A stretch of DNA of 64,000 bases from a virus: IMG/VR virus record IMGVR_UViG_3300009000_000003. One strand, written 5' to 3'. The notes beneath the pieces are model-generated. The model was given only the letters and a program-made list of their open reading frames with translations. It had not been told where the DNA came from and made no database searches. Of this stretch, positions 1-8,958 are shown one piece after another; within the stretch, counting starts at the first letter, position 1, and each line of letters opens with the position of its first letter. The translations under genes were made by a program, and so were the position numbers.

Positions 1-1
1 C

Positions 2-1018
2 TTTGATCAATATAAAGATCATTTTATTAATTTAGTTAGCAACCCAAGAAGTGATGAGGAAAAATTTCTTTCAATAAATTTTAATAAAATTTTATCTTTT
101 TTAGATGAAGAAAGTTTAAATTCTTTAGAAGAACTTCAAAAAGAATACAAAGAATTATTTAAAGAAAGAAAAACAGAATTACAAAATAAAAAATCTGAAT
201 CTTTAGAAAATAAAATGGCTTCTAATAGAACTTCGATTGAAGTGGTAGGAGAAAACTCTAGATATATATCAGAAAATACTTCTGCTGGTTTTTGGGAAGG
301 TAAATATAAAATTAACAGTACTCAAAATTTACTTAATAACAAAGGTAAAAAAAGAGATATGAGGGCAGGTAGATACTCTTCTAATGCAAATTATAAGAGA
401 CCCGCTTCTGAAGAATTCACACTGTCAGATAAATTATTTGCTAGGTACGGAATAGATATAAATCAAAATTACACAAATTATGAATATGGTTGGATTAGCG
501 GCAGTAAAAAATTTGTTAACGACAAAACTAAAAGTTTTAATCAAAGTTTAAGTAATATTGAAAATATAATTGTTAAAAATCTAGAAGCAGCAAAGCAAGC
601 AATACTAGATATTACTAATAAAATAATTTTAACTTTTAAAAACTTAGATGCGTTTTTATCAGAAAATGTAAATGCTCAATTTAAAATTTTAGGAGAAATT
701 CAAAATTTATTACATTTAATTAGATTGTTCAGAGTAATAAATGAATTAATTCAAAATGGTTTTTCTGGATGCGATGAAGCAAAAACAAATAAAGATTATT
801 TTAAAAATTTAATTGTTACTTCTGCAAAAAAACAAGGATTAAATTTAGAAGCTTCTTCTAGTGATAAACCAGAAGATTATTTGTTAAATCTTACTTATAA
901 AAATATTGATATTGATATTGACTTAAATGAGTGCTCTGAAATATCTACTCAATTAAAAAAGCCAGAAATTAATTTAGATGAAATATATGGGGTAATTAAA
1001 TATGGCTTCTCCACTTAA
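2..1018 (+). CDS. Hypothetical phage protein, 5' truncated (frame open from window start; first ATG at 215)
   Basis: The frame of ORF 215..1018 has no stop back to base 2. Helical-looking C-terminus. Overlaps the next gene by 17 nt. Confidence 0.7.
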   Translation, partial: FDQYKDHFINLVSNPRSDEEKFLSINFNKILSFLDEESLNSLEELQKEYKELFKERKTELQNKKSESLENKMASNRTSIEVVGENSRYISENTSAGFWEGKYKINSTQNLLNNKGKKRDMRAGRYSSNANYKRPASEEFTLSDKLFARYGIDINQNYTNYEYGWISGSKKFVNDKTKSFNQSLSNIENIIVKNLEAAKQAILDITNKIILTFKNLDAFLSENVNAQFKILGEIQNLLHLIRLFRVINELIQNGFSGCDEAKTNKDYFKNLIVTSAKKQGLNLEASSSDKPEDYLLNLTYKNIDIDIDLNECSEISTQLKKPEINLDEIYGVIKYGFST

Positions 1019-3242
1019 TAAAAATAAAGAAGAATTAACTTTATATTTAATAGAAGAATCTTACAAAGTCTATAAAGCAAATTTTGCTGGTAGTAGAGAT
1101 TTTGAAGCTCCAATCCCAAGATACAGAGATAGAAACCCACCATTAGAAAGCTTGCCTCCAGGAACAGATTTTTTTTCACGTAACCCAGATATTCCACCTC
1201 CACCACTTCCTCCACCACCTCCTTCACTGCCGGATCCTATAAAAACTCCAGCAAAAAAAATATATTCTTCTGTTGGAGAATGGAAGGAAGATAATCTTTA
1301 TCCACCAGCAAGAGAAGGGTATATTTGGAAATTAAGTGAAGATGGAACACATGCTAAAGAAGTACCAACTCCATGGACTGAATATTATATTCAATCATCA
1401 CAAGAACCTAGAGAAATAAAAGAAAAGTCAAAACAAGTTATTCTCAAGCCTGTTGCTATTCCAAAAGAAACACTAAAAAAGAAAAAAGCTTTCTTTGATT
1501 TTAACCCAGAAAAAGCTCAAAGACAGGAATTAGCAAAAGAACAAAGTCTTTTATTGTCAGTAGAAACTCAAAGAAAAAAAGAAAACATTGAATCTACAAT
1601 AGAAACTATAGAAATAGAAATCGCTGAGCCAATTGTAAATGAAGAAAATGTTTATAATTTATTAAATTATCTAAATGAAGAGTTTAGTAAAATAAATTTA
1701 TTTCCAAAAGCTTTTATAGAAAATATTTCTTCTGAAATTCCAAATGAAAGACAGCTTGTACTACCTGAAGAAAAAGAAAAAATTGTTGAAAATATAAGTT
1801 TAGCTAAAAAAGAATTTATATTAAGCGAAGAAAATTTTGTTGATTTATTAAGTTCAAAAATTAATCAACTAGAAAATGTAGAAGAATTATTTGAATTAGA
1901 AGAAAATGAATTTTTAAGAAACGATTTAGTTAACTACAAATTATTTAATGACAAAGAATTATATTCTTTAACAATATTGTTGTACTCTTTAAATAGTGAA
2001 TTAAGTTTACTAACGTTAAATAACATATTACAAATAAATTCTTATTATTATATAAAAGAAGAAAAAACTGAAAATTTATTTTTTCTTTCTGAAATAGTAA
2101 TTAAAGAAGAAGAACTTCTTTCTGGAATAAAATATAAACCAATTATTTTAAAAGATAACACAACTAATAAAGAAATAAATTTAAGTTTATTAATTCAAGA
2201 ATATATTACTGATTTATTAAAATCAGACTTTAAAATTATCAGACAAGCAAATATTAAAAATAATTTATCTGATGATGAAAAAAAAGAAGCTATAAAAACA
2301 ATATTAGATGAAATAGTTGAAATTGGTAAAAAAGAAGCTGCATACAACTTAAAAACAGTTTCTACAGATATAAATAAAATAAATCTTACTAAAGGAAGAA
2401 TAAAAACAATAATAGAAGAAGGTATCCTTTGGGAAGATTCTTTATTATTTACAATCGAAGAAAAGCAATTAGTTAAAGATGTTTTCCTTAATGAAGAAAA
2501 TGAAATTGTAATTGAAAATTATGAAAATAAACATTATTTTTTAGATAATTATTTTATAACAGATAGTTATTATTTTAATTGGTGTGGTTGTTTTATTGCT
2601 TATTGTTATAAAGATTTTATAAAAAAAGAAATAAGAAAAAAGTTTTTAGCTTCTACTTATAGATTTGCTTCTTTTTGCAATAACACAAAAAGAAGTACAA
2701 AAATAAATTCAATAGTTTTAAATGCTACAAAAAATATTAATTTAGAAATATTTAAAATAAAAAATTCTAAACTTCAAACAGAAGAAGAAAAAAATAATTT
2801 AATTAATAAAAAAATTAACGAAGAAAAAGAAAAATTAGATCCTTTTTTTAAAAAGGGAACAATTTTAACTTTAAATCCTACTGCAGAAAAATGGTATGGA
2901 ACTCATTTTGCTTTATTAAAAAATAATGGAGTAAAAATAAAATATATTGATTACTATTCAGATGATATTAAATCTTATGAAGAAAAAATATTATCTTTTT
3001 TTGTAGACACAATAGAAGGAAACACAGTAGTAGAAGAAATTGAAGTATGGGAAAAAGATGAAGAAAATTCTTGGATTGAATCATCTATAGATGTTGTTGG
3101 CGTTAAAGAAAAAGAAAGAAATTTAATAAATGCAGTTGCAGTACATATCTTTCTTCCAGAAGATTATAATTTAGAATTTCAAGGAAAAGTTAAGCAAGAA
3201 TATAACAATGCAGAAATTATTATTAAGGACCCACTAACATGA
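1002..3242 (+). CDS. Protein with Pro-rich N-terminal segment, E/K/N-rich middle and C-terminal CHAP/NlpC-P60-like Cys-His hydrolase domain
   Basis: FNWCGCFIAY (Cys codon 2583), YGTHFALL (His codon 2904) and TIEGNT (3012-3026) match the WCxxF...GH...IEGNT pattern of phage CHAP domains. Lies directly upstream of the portal. Confidence 0.55.
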   Translation: MASPLNKNKEELTLYLIEESYKVYKANFAGSRDFEAPIPRYRDRNPPLESLPPGTDFFSRNPDIPPPPLPPPPPSLPDPIKTPAKKIYSSVGEWKEDNLYPPAREGYIWKLSEDGTHAKEVPTPWTEYYIQSSQEPREIKEKSKQVILKPVAIPKETLKKKKAFFDFNPEKAQRQELAKEQSLLLSVETQRKKENIESTIETIEIEIAEPIVNEENVYNLLNYLNEEFSKINLFPKAFIENISSEIPNERQLVLPEEKEKIVENISLAKKEFILSEENFVDLLSSKINQLENVEELFELEENEFLRNDLVNYKLFNDKELYSLTILLYSLNSELSLLTLNNILQINSYYYIKEEKTENLFFLSEIVIKEEELLSGIKYKPIILKDNTTNKEINLSLLIQEYITDLLKSDFKIIRQANIKNNLSDDEKKEAIKTILDEIVEIGKKEAAYNLKTVSTDINKINLTKGRIKTIIEEGILWEDSLLFTIEEKQLVKDVFLNEENEIVIENYENKHYFLDNYFITDSYYFNWCGCFIAYCYKDFIKKEIRKKFLASTYRFASFCNNTKRSTKINSIVLNATKNINLEIFKIKNSKLQTEEEKNNLINKKINEEKEKLDPFFKKGTILTLNPTAEKWYGTHFALLKNNGVKIKYIDYYSDDIKSYEEKILSFFVDTIEGNTVVEEIEVWEKDEENSWIESSIDVVGVKEKERNLINAVAVHIFLPEDYNLEFQGKVKQEYNNAEIIIKDPLT
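1194..1223 (+). repeat. Poly-proline coding CCA/CCT low-complexity repeat (PPPPLPPPPP)
   Basis: ccacctccaccacttcctccaccacctcct seen directly. Confidence 0.85.
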
Positions 3243-4894
3243 AAAATGAATTAATTTTAAAAGCATATGAAAGCTTAGCATTGAAAAAAGAAATGTCCTT
3301 AATAGACAGGAATGTACCTTTATTAGGAGAAAGTATTTCTGGAGCACGAGTTAAAAAAGTAAACGCTCGAGTAATGCCTTATGCTGATCGACATAGAGGT
3401 AATTGGTTTAAACCAGAATACGATCTTACTGAAATACAAATTGCTCAAGATACAGATGCATTCCTTTATAAAGCTATACAAAAAAAAGTACAGCGCTTTG
3501 TATTGGCTGGTTGGGAAATAGTTGGTAATGATAAAGAGCGAGTTGAATATATTAAGCGTAGGCTAAAAGAAATCGAATACGTTTCAGGCCAACCATTTAA
3601 TTTGTTAATGACTGATCTTGCACACGATCTTATTAGATACTCAAACTGTGCATGGGTTAAAGTAAGAAATAATGATGCTTCTACGGGTAAAAAACGAACT
3701 TGGATGGGTAAAGAAATAGATCCAGTTGCTGGTTATTATATTCTTCCGTTTGAAACTCTTTGGTTTAAAGTAAAGAAAAATGGTGAGCTTAAAAAAGTAA
3801 TGCAGGAACAACCGAATACAGGTGAATGGAAAGAGTTCGCGCCTCAAGATGTAATCCATTTCTATACTAATAGAAAACCTGGATTTACTATGGGGACTCC
3901 AGAGATCTTACCTGTACTAGAGGATCTTGCTTTATTAAGAAGGCTAGAAGAGTCAGTAGAAAATATGATTGATTCCAATCTACATCCTTTATTTCATTAT
4001 ACTGTAGGTAACGACAATATGCCTGAAAGGTACTCACCTGAAGGTATTAAGGAATCAGATCTAGTAAGGCAAACGATTGAATATATGCCTTCTGGAGGAA
4101 TCTTTGTATCTGATCACAGACACAAAATAAATGCAATTGGATCAGAAGGTAAAGCTCTAGATATTAGAGATTACTTAGAATACTTCAAAAAAAGAGTTTA
4201 TGCTGGGTTGGGTGTCTCACCTATGGATATGGGAGAAGCGGACTCTGCAAATAGGTCAACTGCTAATACTTTATCTAAAATTGCAATTCAAGATGTAGAA
4301 GCATTACAAAGACATATTAAGACCTTTATAGAAACTTATATTATTAATGAATTACTTCTTGAAGGTGGATATGAAGATTCATTGTTTGAAAGTGATAAAG
4401 CGGTACAAATTAAATTTGGAACTGTAGATAAAGAAGAAAAATCAAAAGAAGAAAATCAAACAATTCAACTTTGGTTAAACAATCTTATATCAGAACAAGA
4501 AGCTAGAAAACGTTTAGGTGAGCAACCTGTAGATCAAACTTATAGAGATCAAACGAACTATAAATTATATACAGAACCTTTAGCTTTAATCAAAACAATG
4601 GGGCCATTTAGCGCAGGCTCAGATGCATTAGCTAAATCTGAAACTTCTTCTATTACTCCAGAAGCAGTTAAAAAAGAAGAACAGGCTCAACAAAGAAAAA
4701 CAAATAAAAATATACCTGAAAAAGAAAACAATCCTGCAGCCAATTTATCAGAAAATATTAGTAGACCCGCAAATCAAAATGGTTCAAGAAATGCGCCTAA
4801 ATTTTCTAATGATGTAGAAAGCTTGTTTTTTGAAATAAAACAAGGTAAAAAGATCTTAGATCTTTTAAACTCTTTAAAAAAAGATGCATTTTAA
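3239..4894 (+). CDS. Portal protein
   Basis: 551 aa. Portal-like segments (DLIRYSNCAWVKVR, DVIHF...GFTMGTPEILPVLEDL, YFKKRVYAGLGVSPMDMGEADSANRSTA, ISEQEARKRLG). Position before protease and capsid. Confidence 0.85.
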   Translation: MKNELILKAYESLALKKEMSLIDRNVPLLGESISGARVKKVNARVMPYADRHRGNWFKPEYDLTEIQIAQDTDAFLYKAIQKKVQRFVLAGWEIVGNDKERVEYIKRRLKEIEYVSGQPFNLLMTDLAHDLIRYSNCAWVKVRNNDASTGKKRTWMGKEIDPVAGYYILPFETLWFKVKKNGELKKVMQEQPNTGEWKEFAPQDVIHFYTNRKPGFTMGTPEILPVLEDLALLRRLEESVENMIDSNLHPLFHYTVGNDNMPERYSPEGIKESDLVRQTIEYMPSGGIFVSDHRHKINAIGSEGKALDIRDYLEYFKKRVYAGLGVSPMDMGEADSANRSTANTLSKIAIQDVEALQRHIKTFIETYIINELLLEGGYEDSLFESDKAVQIKFGTVDKEEKSKEENQTIQLWLNNLISEQEARKRLGEQPVDQTYRDQTNYKLYTEPLALIKTMGPFSAGSDALAKSETSSITPEAVKKEEQAQQRKTNKNIPEKENNPAANLSENISRPANQNGSRNAPKFSNDVESLFFEIKQGKKILDLLNSLKKDAF

Positions 4895-4918
4895 TTTAAT
4901 TTAAAAACAGGTCAAAAT

Positions 4919-7615
4919 ATGTCTAAAATTATCAGATACAATGATTTTATACAGATAAATCCTGATAACAAGATTCTTTCTTTAGATAAAGAAAAGAAAA
5001 TTTTGCTAACAGATAGTTTGCTTTCTTCTGCATATAATACTGGCAAAGGCTTAGTTATCACTTATGATTTGTCTCACTCTGGACGTAGAATAAATAATAG
5101 AATTTATTCTACGAAAGGACAGCAAAGAGGAATTGATTCTCTTACTAGCCCTTATCCAAAACCTATTCTTAAAAATCACGATCAAATGAGTGAGCCTATT
5201 GGTCGCTTCATTGGTGGTGAGTGGCAAAATTTGTATGACGAAGCAAGTAATTTTCTACAATCTTCTCAATCTACATTAGACATTCATAATGCTTTTGCTT
5301 CAGATGAACCTGAAAGAATTTATAAAACATTAAAAAGCTTTGATTTAATTGATAATAAAAATTGGCCTGGACTTGGTAGAATGAGAGTGCAAGCTAATAT
5401 TAATGATGAAGAGTCAATTAAAAAATTCTTAGACGGTAGATACATTACTTTTTCTGCTGGCTCTACAACGGATCGTCACGTTTGTTCAATTTGTGATACA
5501 GATTGGGCTACTGATGGAATGTGTGAACACAAGCACGGGAAAAAATATGACGGAGAAACATGTGTATTCATTACTGGAGACTTCATTGTTTTAGAAGGTT
5601 CAGTAGTTAATACGCCAGCAGATGATCTATCTCAATTAGTTTCAATGGAAATTAAAGATTCAGAAGATACATCTAATATTAAAGATGAACAAATCCCTTA
5701 CGAACTTATTTTAAGCGATTCAATATTTACTATGGAAAAACAAAATGAAGCACAGCGGTTACAAGACTCCGAGCAAATCGACGCCTATGAAAAAGAAACC
5801 AAAAAAGAAGAAGGTTCCAAAAAAGAAGTAGAAAAGAAATATGATCATGAAATGTCTATTTCTGAATCTGCAATGATGGAACTTCATCAAAAAGGTGAAA
5901 CTTATATTACCCAGCGCGGTGATAATGAGACTATGATTATCAAAGTTAAATATTCAGGCTCAATGCGCAAAGATTCAATTGAAGACTTTGAAATCAATGA
6001 AGAAGAACTAGCTTCTTTAATTGAAGAGCTTGAAGATGAAAAAACTTTTAAAGTTCCTGCAGGAGCAAAAGGTAACGCTCAAAAAGTTCTTAAATGGAAA
6101 GCTGAAAAAGGTTCAGAAGTTAAAGGAATGACGCCTGTAGGTTGGGCAAGAGCAAGGCAGCTTGCTACTAAATCTGAGATTGGTCTTTCTACTGTTAAAA
6201 GAATGGCAGCATTTAATCGTCATAGAAAAAATGCAGCAGTAGCTCCAGAGTACAAATCTGAGCCATGGAAAGATCGTGGTTATGTAGCTTGGCTTGGTTG
6301 GGGCGGAACATCTGGTATTGACTGGGCTGTTAAAATTAGCGCTGCCAATGATTCAGAAAATGACTTAGAGATGATAGGTGATTTTGATAAAGATGCTTAT
6401 CGCTCTTCGCCAAAAGGTAAGGGAGCTAAAACTCCTGCAAAACCTTCTGAAAGAATTAAGGGCTCCAAAAAGAATAAAGAAGGTTCAGCTTCAAAAGCTA
6501 ATTCTAAAATTGAAGTTGGATCTGTATTAGAGTCTTTAAAAGAAAAAGTTTCTTCACATAATAAAAAGTATGGAAAAGATAAAGGAAAACGAGTAACTCT
6601 TGGTATGCTAAAAGCAGTATATCGCAGAGGTGCAGGAGCTTTCTCTAGTACTCACAGGCCTGGAATGTCTAGATCTGGGTGGGGTGTTGCAAGAGTAAAT
6701 GCTTTCCTTAAACTTGTTAGAAGTGGTAGCCCATCAAACTCCAAATATAAACAAGACAATGATTTGTTACCTGCAGGTCATCCAAGAAAATCATCAAATA
6801 AAATGAAAAAGGATTTTATTATGGAAAATGAAGAGTTAGAAATTCTGGATACAGAAGTAGATTCTAAAGATGAAGATTTAGAAATCGAAGCTGTAGAGCC
6901 AACTGAAAAGCAACAAGAAGAGCATGACGAAAGTCTCGGAGAAGAAGAAACTTTAGATGCAGAAGATTCTGAAGAGCTTGTTGATTGGGAAATTTTAGAT
7001 CTTGCTTTGCAAAGTATTCTTCGAGGAGAAGATGCGGAACTGTCTACAGAAGCTAGAAATGAATTACCTGATTCAGCTTTCTGTGGCCCCGAAAGATCTT
7101 TTCCAATTCCTGATTGTGCGCACGTAACTGCTGCAAAACGTTTAATTGGTAGATATAAAGGTTCTGATGCAACTAAAGCTAAAATCATGGCTTGCGTTAA
7201 TAAAAAAGCAGAGTCCATGAAATGCGACTCTTCCGAAGATGCAAATTCTTTAAAAGCAGAGCTTGCTGATCTTCAAGAAAAATACAATACATTAGAAGAC
7301 AAATTTAAAGAGCTTCTAGAAATAGTTGTAATTAAAAGTAAAAAAAATAAAGATTCTATTGAAATAGAAGATAATGTTGTTGTAAGTGATAAAAAAGAAA
7401 CAATTCTTGACAAAGAAATTGAAAACCCTTCTAATCATGCAAATGAAGAAGTAATCGAAAATAAAAAGCAAGAAGACTCACTTCCTAGCTTTGAAAGAAA
7501 TGTAGTAAATACTTACAGAACTATCAAAGATAGCGAAGGCGAGTTAGCTGCTAATATTTATTTAAATAGCAAAGCTCAATACTTACCTCGTGGCTTCAAC
7601 CCAGAAAAATTTTAA
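4919..7615 (+). CDS. Prohead maturation protease fused to several small head-associated domains and a C-terminal scaffold-like coiled coil
   Basis: N-terminal HSG.RINNRIY, PILKNHD...PIGR, FSAGS..CSIC..CEH, EGSVVNTPAD protease-like motifs. Acidic linkers and a C-terminal coiled coil. Lies between portal and capsid genes. Confidence 0.75.
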   Translation: MSKIIRYNDFIQINPDNKILSLDKEKKILLTDSLLSSAYNTGKGLVITYDLSHSGRRINNRIYSTKGQQRGIDSLTSPYPKPILKNHDQMSEPIGRFIGGEWQNLYDEASNFLQSSQSTLDIHNAFASDEPERIYKTLKSFDLIDNKNWPGLGRMRVQANINDEESIKKFLDGRYITFSAGSTTDRHVCSICDTDWATDGMCEHKHGKKYDGETCVFITGDFIVLEGSVVNTPADDLSQLVSMEIKDSEDTSNIKDEQIPYELILSDSIFTMEKQNEAQRLQDSEQIDAYEKETKKEEGSKKEVEKKYDHEMSISESAMMELHQKGETYITQRGDNETMIIKVKYSGSMRKDSIEDFEINEEELASLIEELEDEKTFKVPAGAKGNAQKVLKWKAEKGSEVKGMTPVGWARARQLATKSEIGLSTVKRMAAFNRHRKNAAVAPEYKSEPWKDRGYVAWLGWGGTSGIDWAVKISAANDSENDLEMIGDFDKDAYRSSPKGKGAKTPAKPSERIKGSKKNKEGSASKANSKIEVGSVLESLKEKVSSHNKKYGKDKGKRVTLGMLKAVYRRGAGAFSSTHRPGMSRSGWGVARVNAFLKLVRSGSPSNSKYKQDNDLLPAGHPRKSSNKMKKDFIMENEELEILDTEVDSKDEDLEIEAVEPTEKQQEEHDESLGEEETLDAEDSEELVDWEILDLALQSILRGEDAELSTEARNELPDSAFCGPERSFPIPDCAHVTAAKRLIGRYKGSDATKAKIMACVNKKAESMKCDSSEDANSLKAELADLQEKYNTLEDKFKELLEIVVIKSKKNKDSIEIEDNVVVSDKKETILDKEIENPSNHANEEVIENKKQEDSLPSFERNVVNTYRTIKDSEGELAANIYLNSKAQYLPRGFNPEKF

Positions 7616-7640
7616 TCTAACTCTTTTAGGAGAATAAAAT

Positions 7641-8933
7641 ATGGCTATTAGTAGATTCCAAAGCCGTTTTAAAACACGCACTGATCTAATGGATCACATT
7701 ACTCCAAATAACACCGTGCAGATGAACGCTTCTGTTCCTCACGGTGAGTGGGCTCCAGCTAACTGGCTCCCAGTTGTTTGGCAAAACGAAAAAAGCAAAG
7801 ATTACTTTGTTATGTCTGCAGGCAAAGTTGTTTCTTTAGATAGAAGTGGCCGTGTAGTTCCTGCTGGTCTTCTTCGCCGCGCACTAGATGCAAATGCTGC
7901 TGCTGATACAATACTTACTTATACAAGTAATGACGTTGAAGCTAGAGTTGTTGATATCCGCACTGGAGCTTTTGTTGATGCAGCTGCTGTTTTAGATCTT
8001 GAGGCTTTTACAGACGCATTAGTTGCTAACGGCTGGGTTGCTGGTTTTGATGCTAGTAATTTTGGAGACGCTGATCCAGCAATTGACCTTGCTGCTCGCA
8101 AAGCTTGCGTAGAATTCTTTATTTCTGCTCCAGTAGGTATTCTTGCTTACGATGTCTACGTTTGGGCTGGTGACGATCCTGCAAGCTTGCACTTTAGTAA
8201 TTATCAAAAACAACACTTGATTCAGTTCTTTACTGATATTCAGATGAAAGTAGCACACGTTTGTGCTGACGCTTCTGCAGTTGCAGTTGCAGGTTTAACT
8301 CGTGTTGATGGGGCTGCACTTGCAGTTATGCCACGCTATGCTGGTTTGGATATGAGCAATGTAGTTGCTTTCGATCTTGAGCTTGGAAAACTTGCTTCTA
8401 GCGTTAGCCGCACTCCTGTAAGCTTTAGCGCTTTTGCAGGACGCCAACGTAGTGACATTTCACTTCTTGCAAAAGCTGGAGATTGGTATCTTGACGCAGA
8501 TGGAGGAATGATTCTTTTCTTTGAAGATGGTGGAAATGCTGATCCTGTTGGAACTGACGCTGTTGCTCTTGCTGGTACTATTTCAGTATTCCCTTACGAC
8601 GGAGCTGCTTCTGCACAAGAAAGAATGGTTATGATGGTCGGTGATTGCCGCCCTGGTGACTTTGTTTCTTTTGATGAGATGAGTAACTTCAAAGTTGCAA
8701 GCTCTGGTGATCACGATGCACACCTTGTTGTTGGTCGTCTTCTTGCAATGTATAAAGAGCCACGCGGCCTTCTTGAAAGAGTTCGTACTGGTTGGAAGGG
8801 TGACGAGTTTGACGCTACTTCTAAAATGCCTGGTAGCGCAACTGAAGGATTCTCTGATCTTATCACTCTCTCTTCTCATCACGGTGAGAATGTTGCAGAC
8901 GAGATCGCTGTCATTAACGTCAAACTTCAATAA
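7641..8933 (+). CDS. Head structural protein (capsid decoration/cement-like)
   Basis: Strong RBS (AGGAG), high-expression codon bias, Ala/Asp-rich, immediately upstream of the major capsid gene. Confidence 0.6.
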   Translation: MAISRFQSRFKTRTDLMDHITPNNTVQMNASVPHGEWAPANWLPVVWQNEKSKDYFVMSAGKVVSLDRSGRVVPAGLLRRALDANAAADTILTYTSNDVEARVVDIRTGAFVDAAAVLDLEAFTDALVANGWVAGFDASNFGDADPAIDLAARKACVEFFISAPVGILAYDVYVWAGDDPASLHFSNYQKQHLIQFFTDIQMKVAHVCADASAVAVAGLTRVDGAALAVMPRYAGLDMSNVVAFDLELGKLASSVSRTPVSFSAFAGRQRSDISLLAKAGDWYLDADGGMILFFEDGGNADPVGTDAVALAGTISVFPYDGAASAQERMVMMVGDCRPGDFVSFDEMSNFKVASSGDHDAHLVVGRLLAMYKEPRGLLERVRTGWKGDEFDATSKMPGSATEGFSDLITLSSHHGENVADEIAVINVKLQ

Positions 8934-8958
8934 TAGATAATTTAAAGGAACTTAAAAC

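Noticed and set aside
6778-7218. 146-aa antisense ORF, plus other short - strand and alternative-frame ORFs nested in long genes (e.g. 8583..8930, 12206..12565, 30353..30643, 39449..39727)
   Set aside because: They lie wholly within well-supported + strand genes, have the Ser/Phe/Leu-rich composition typical of shadow frames, and have no convincing RBS.
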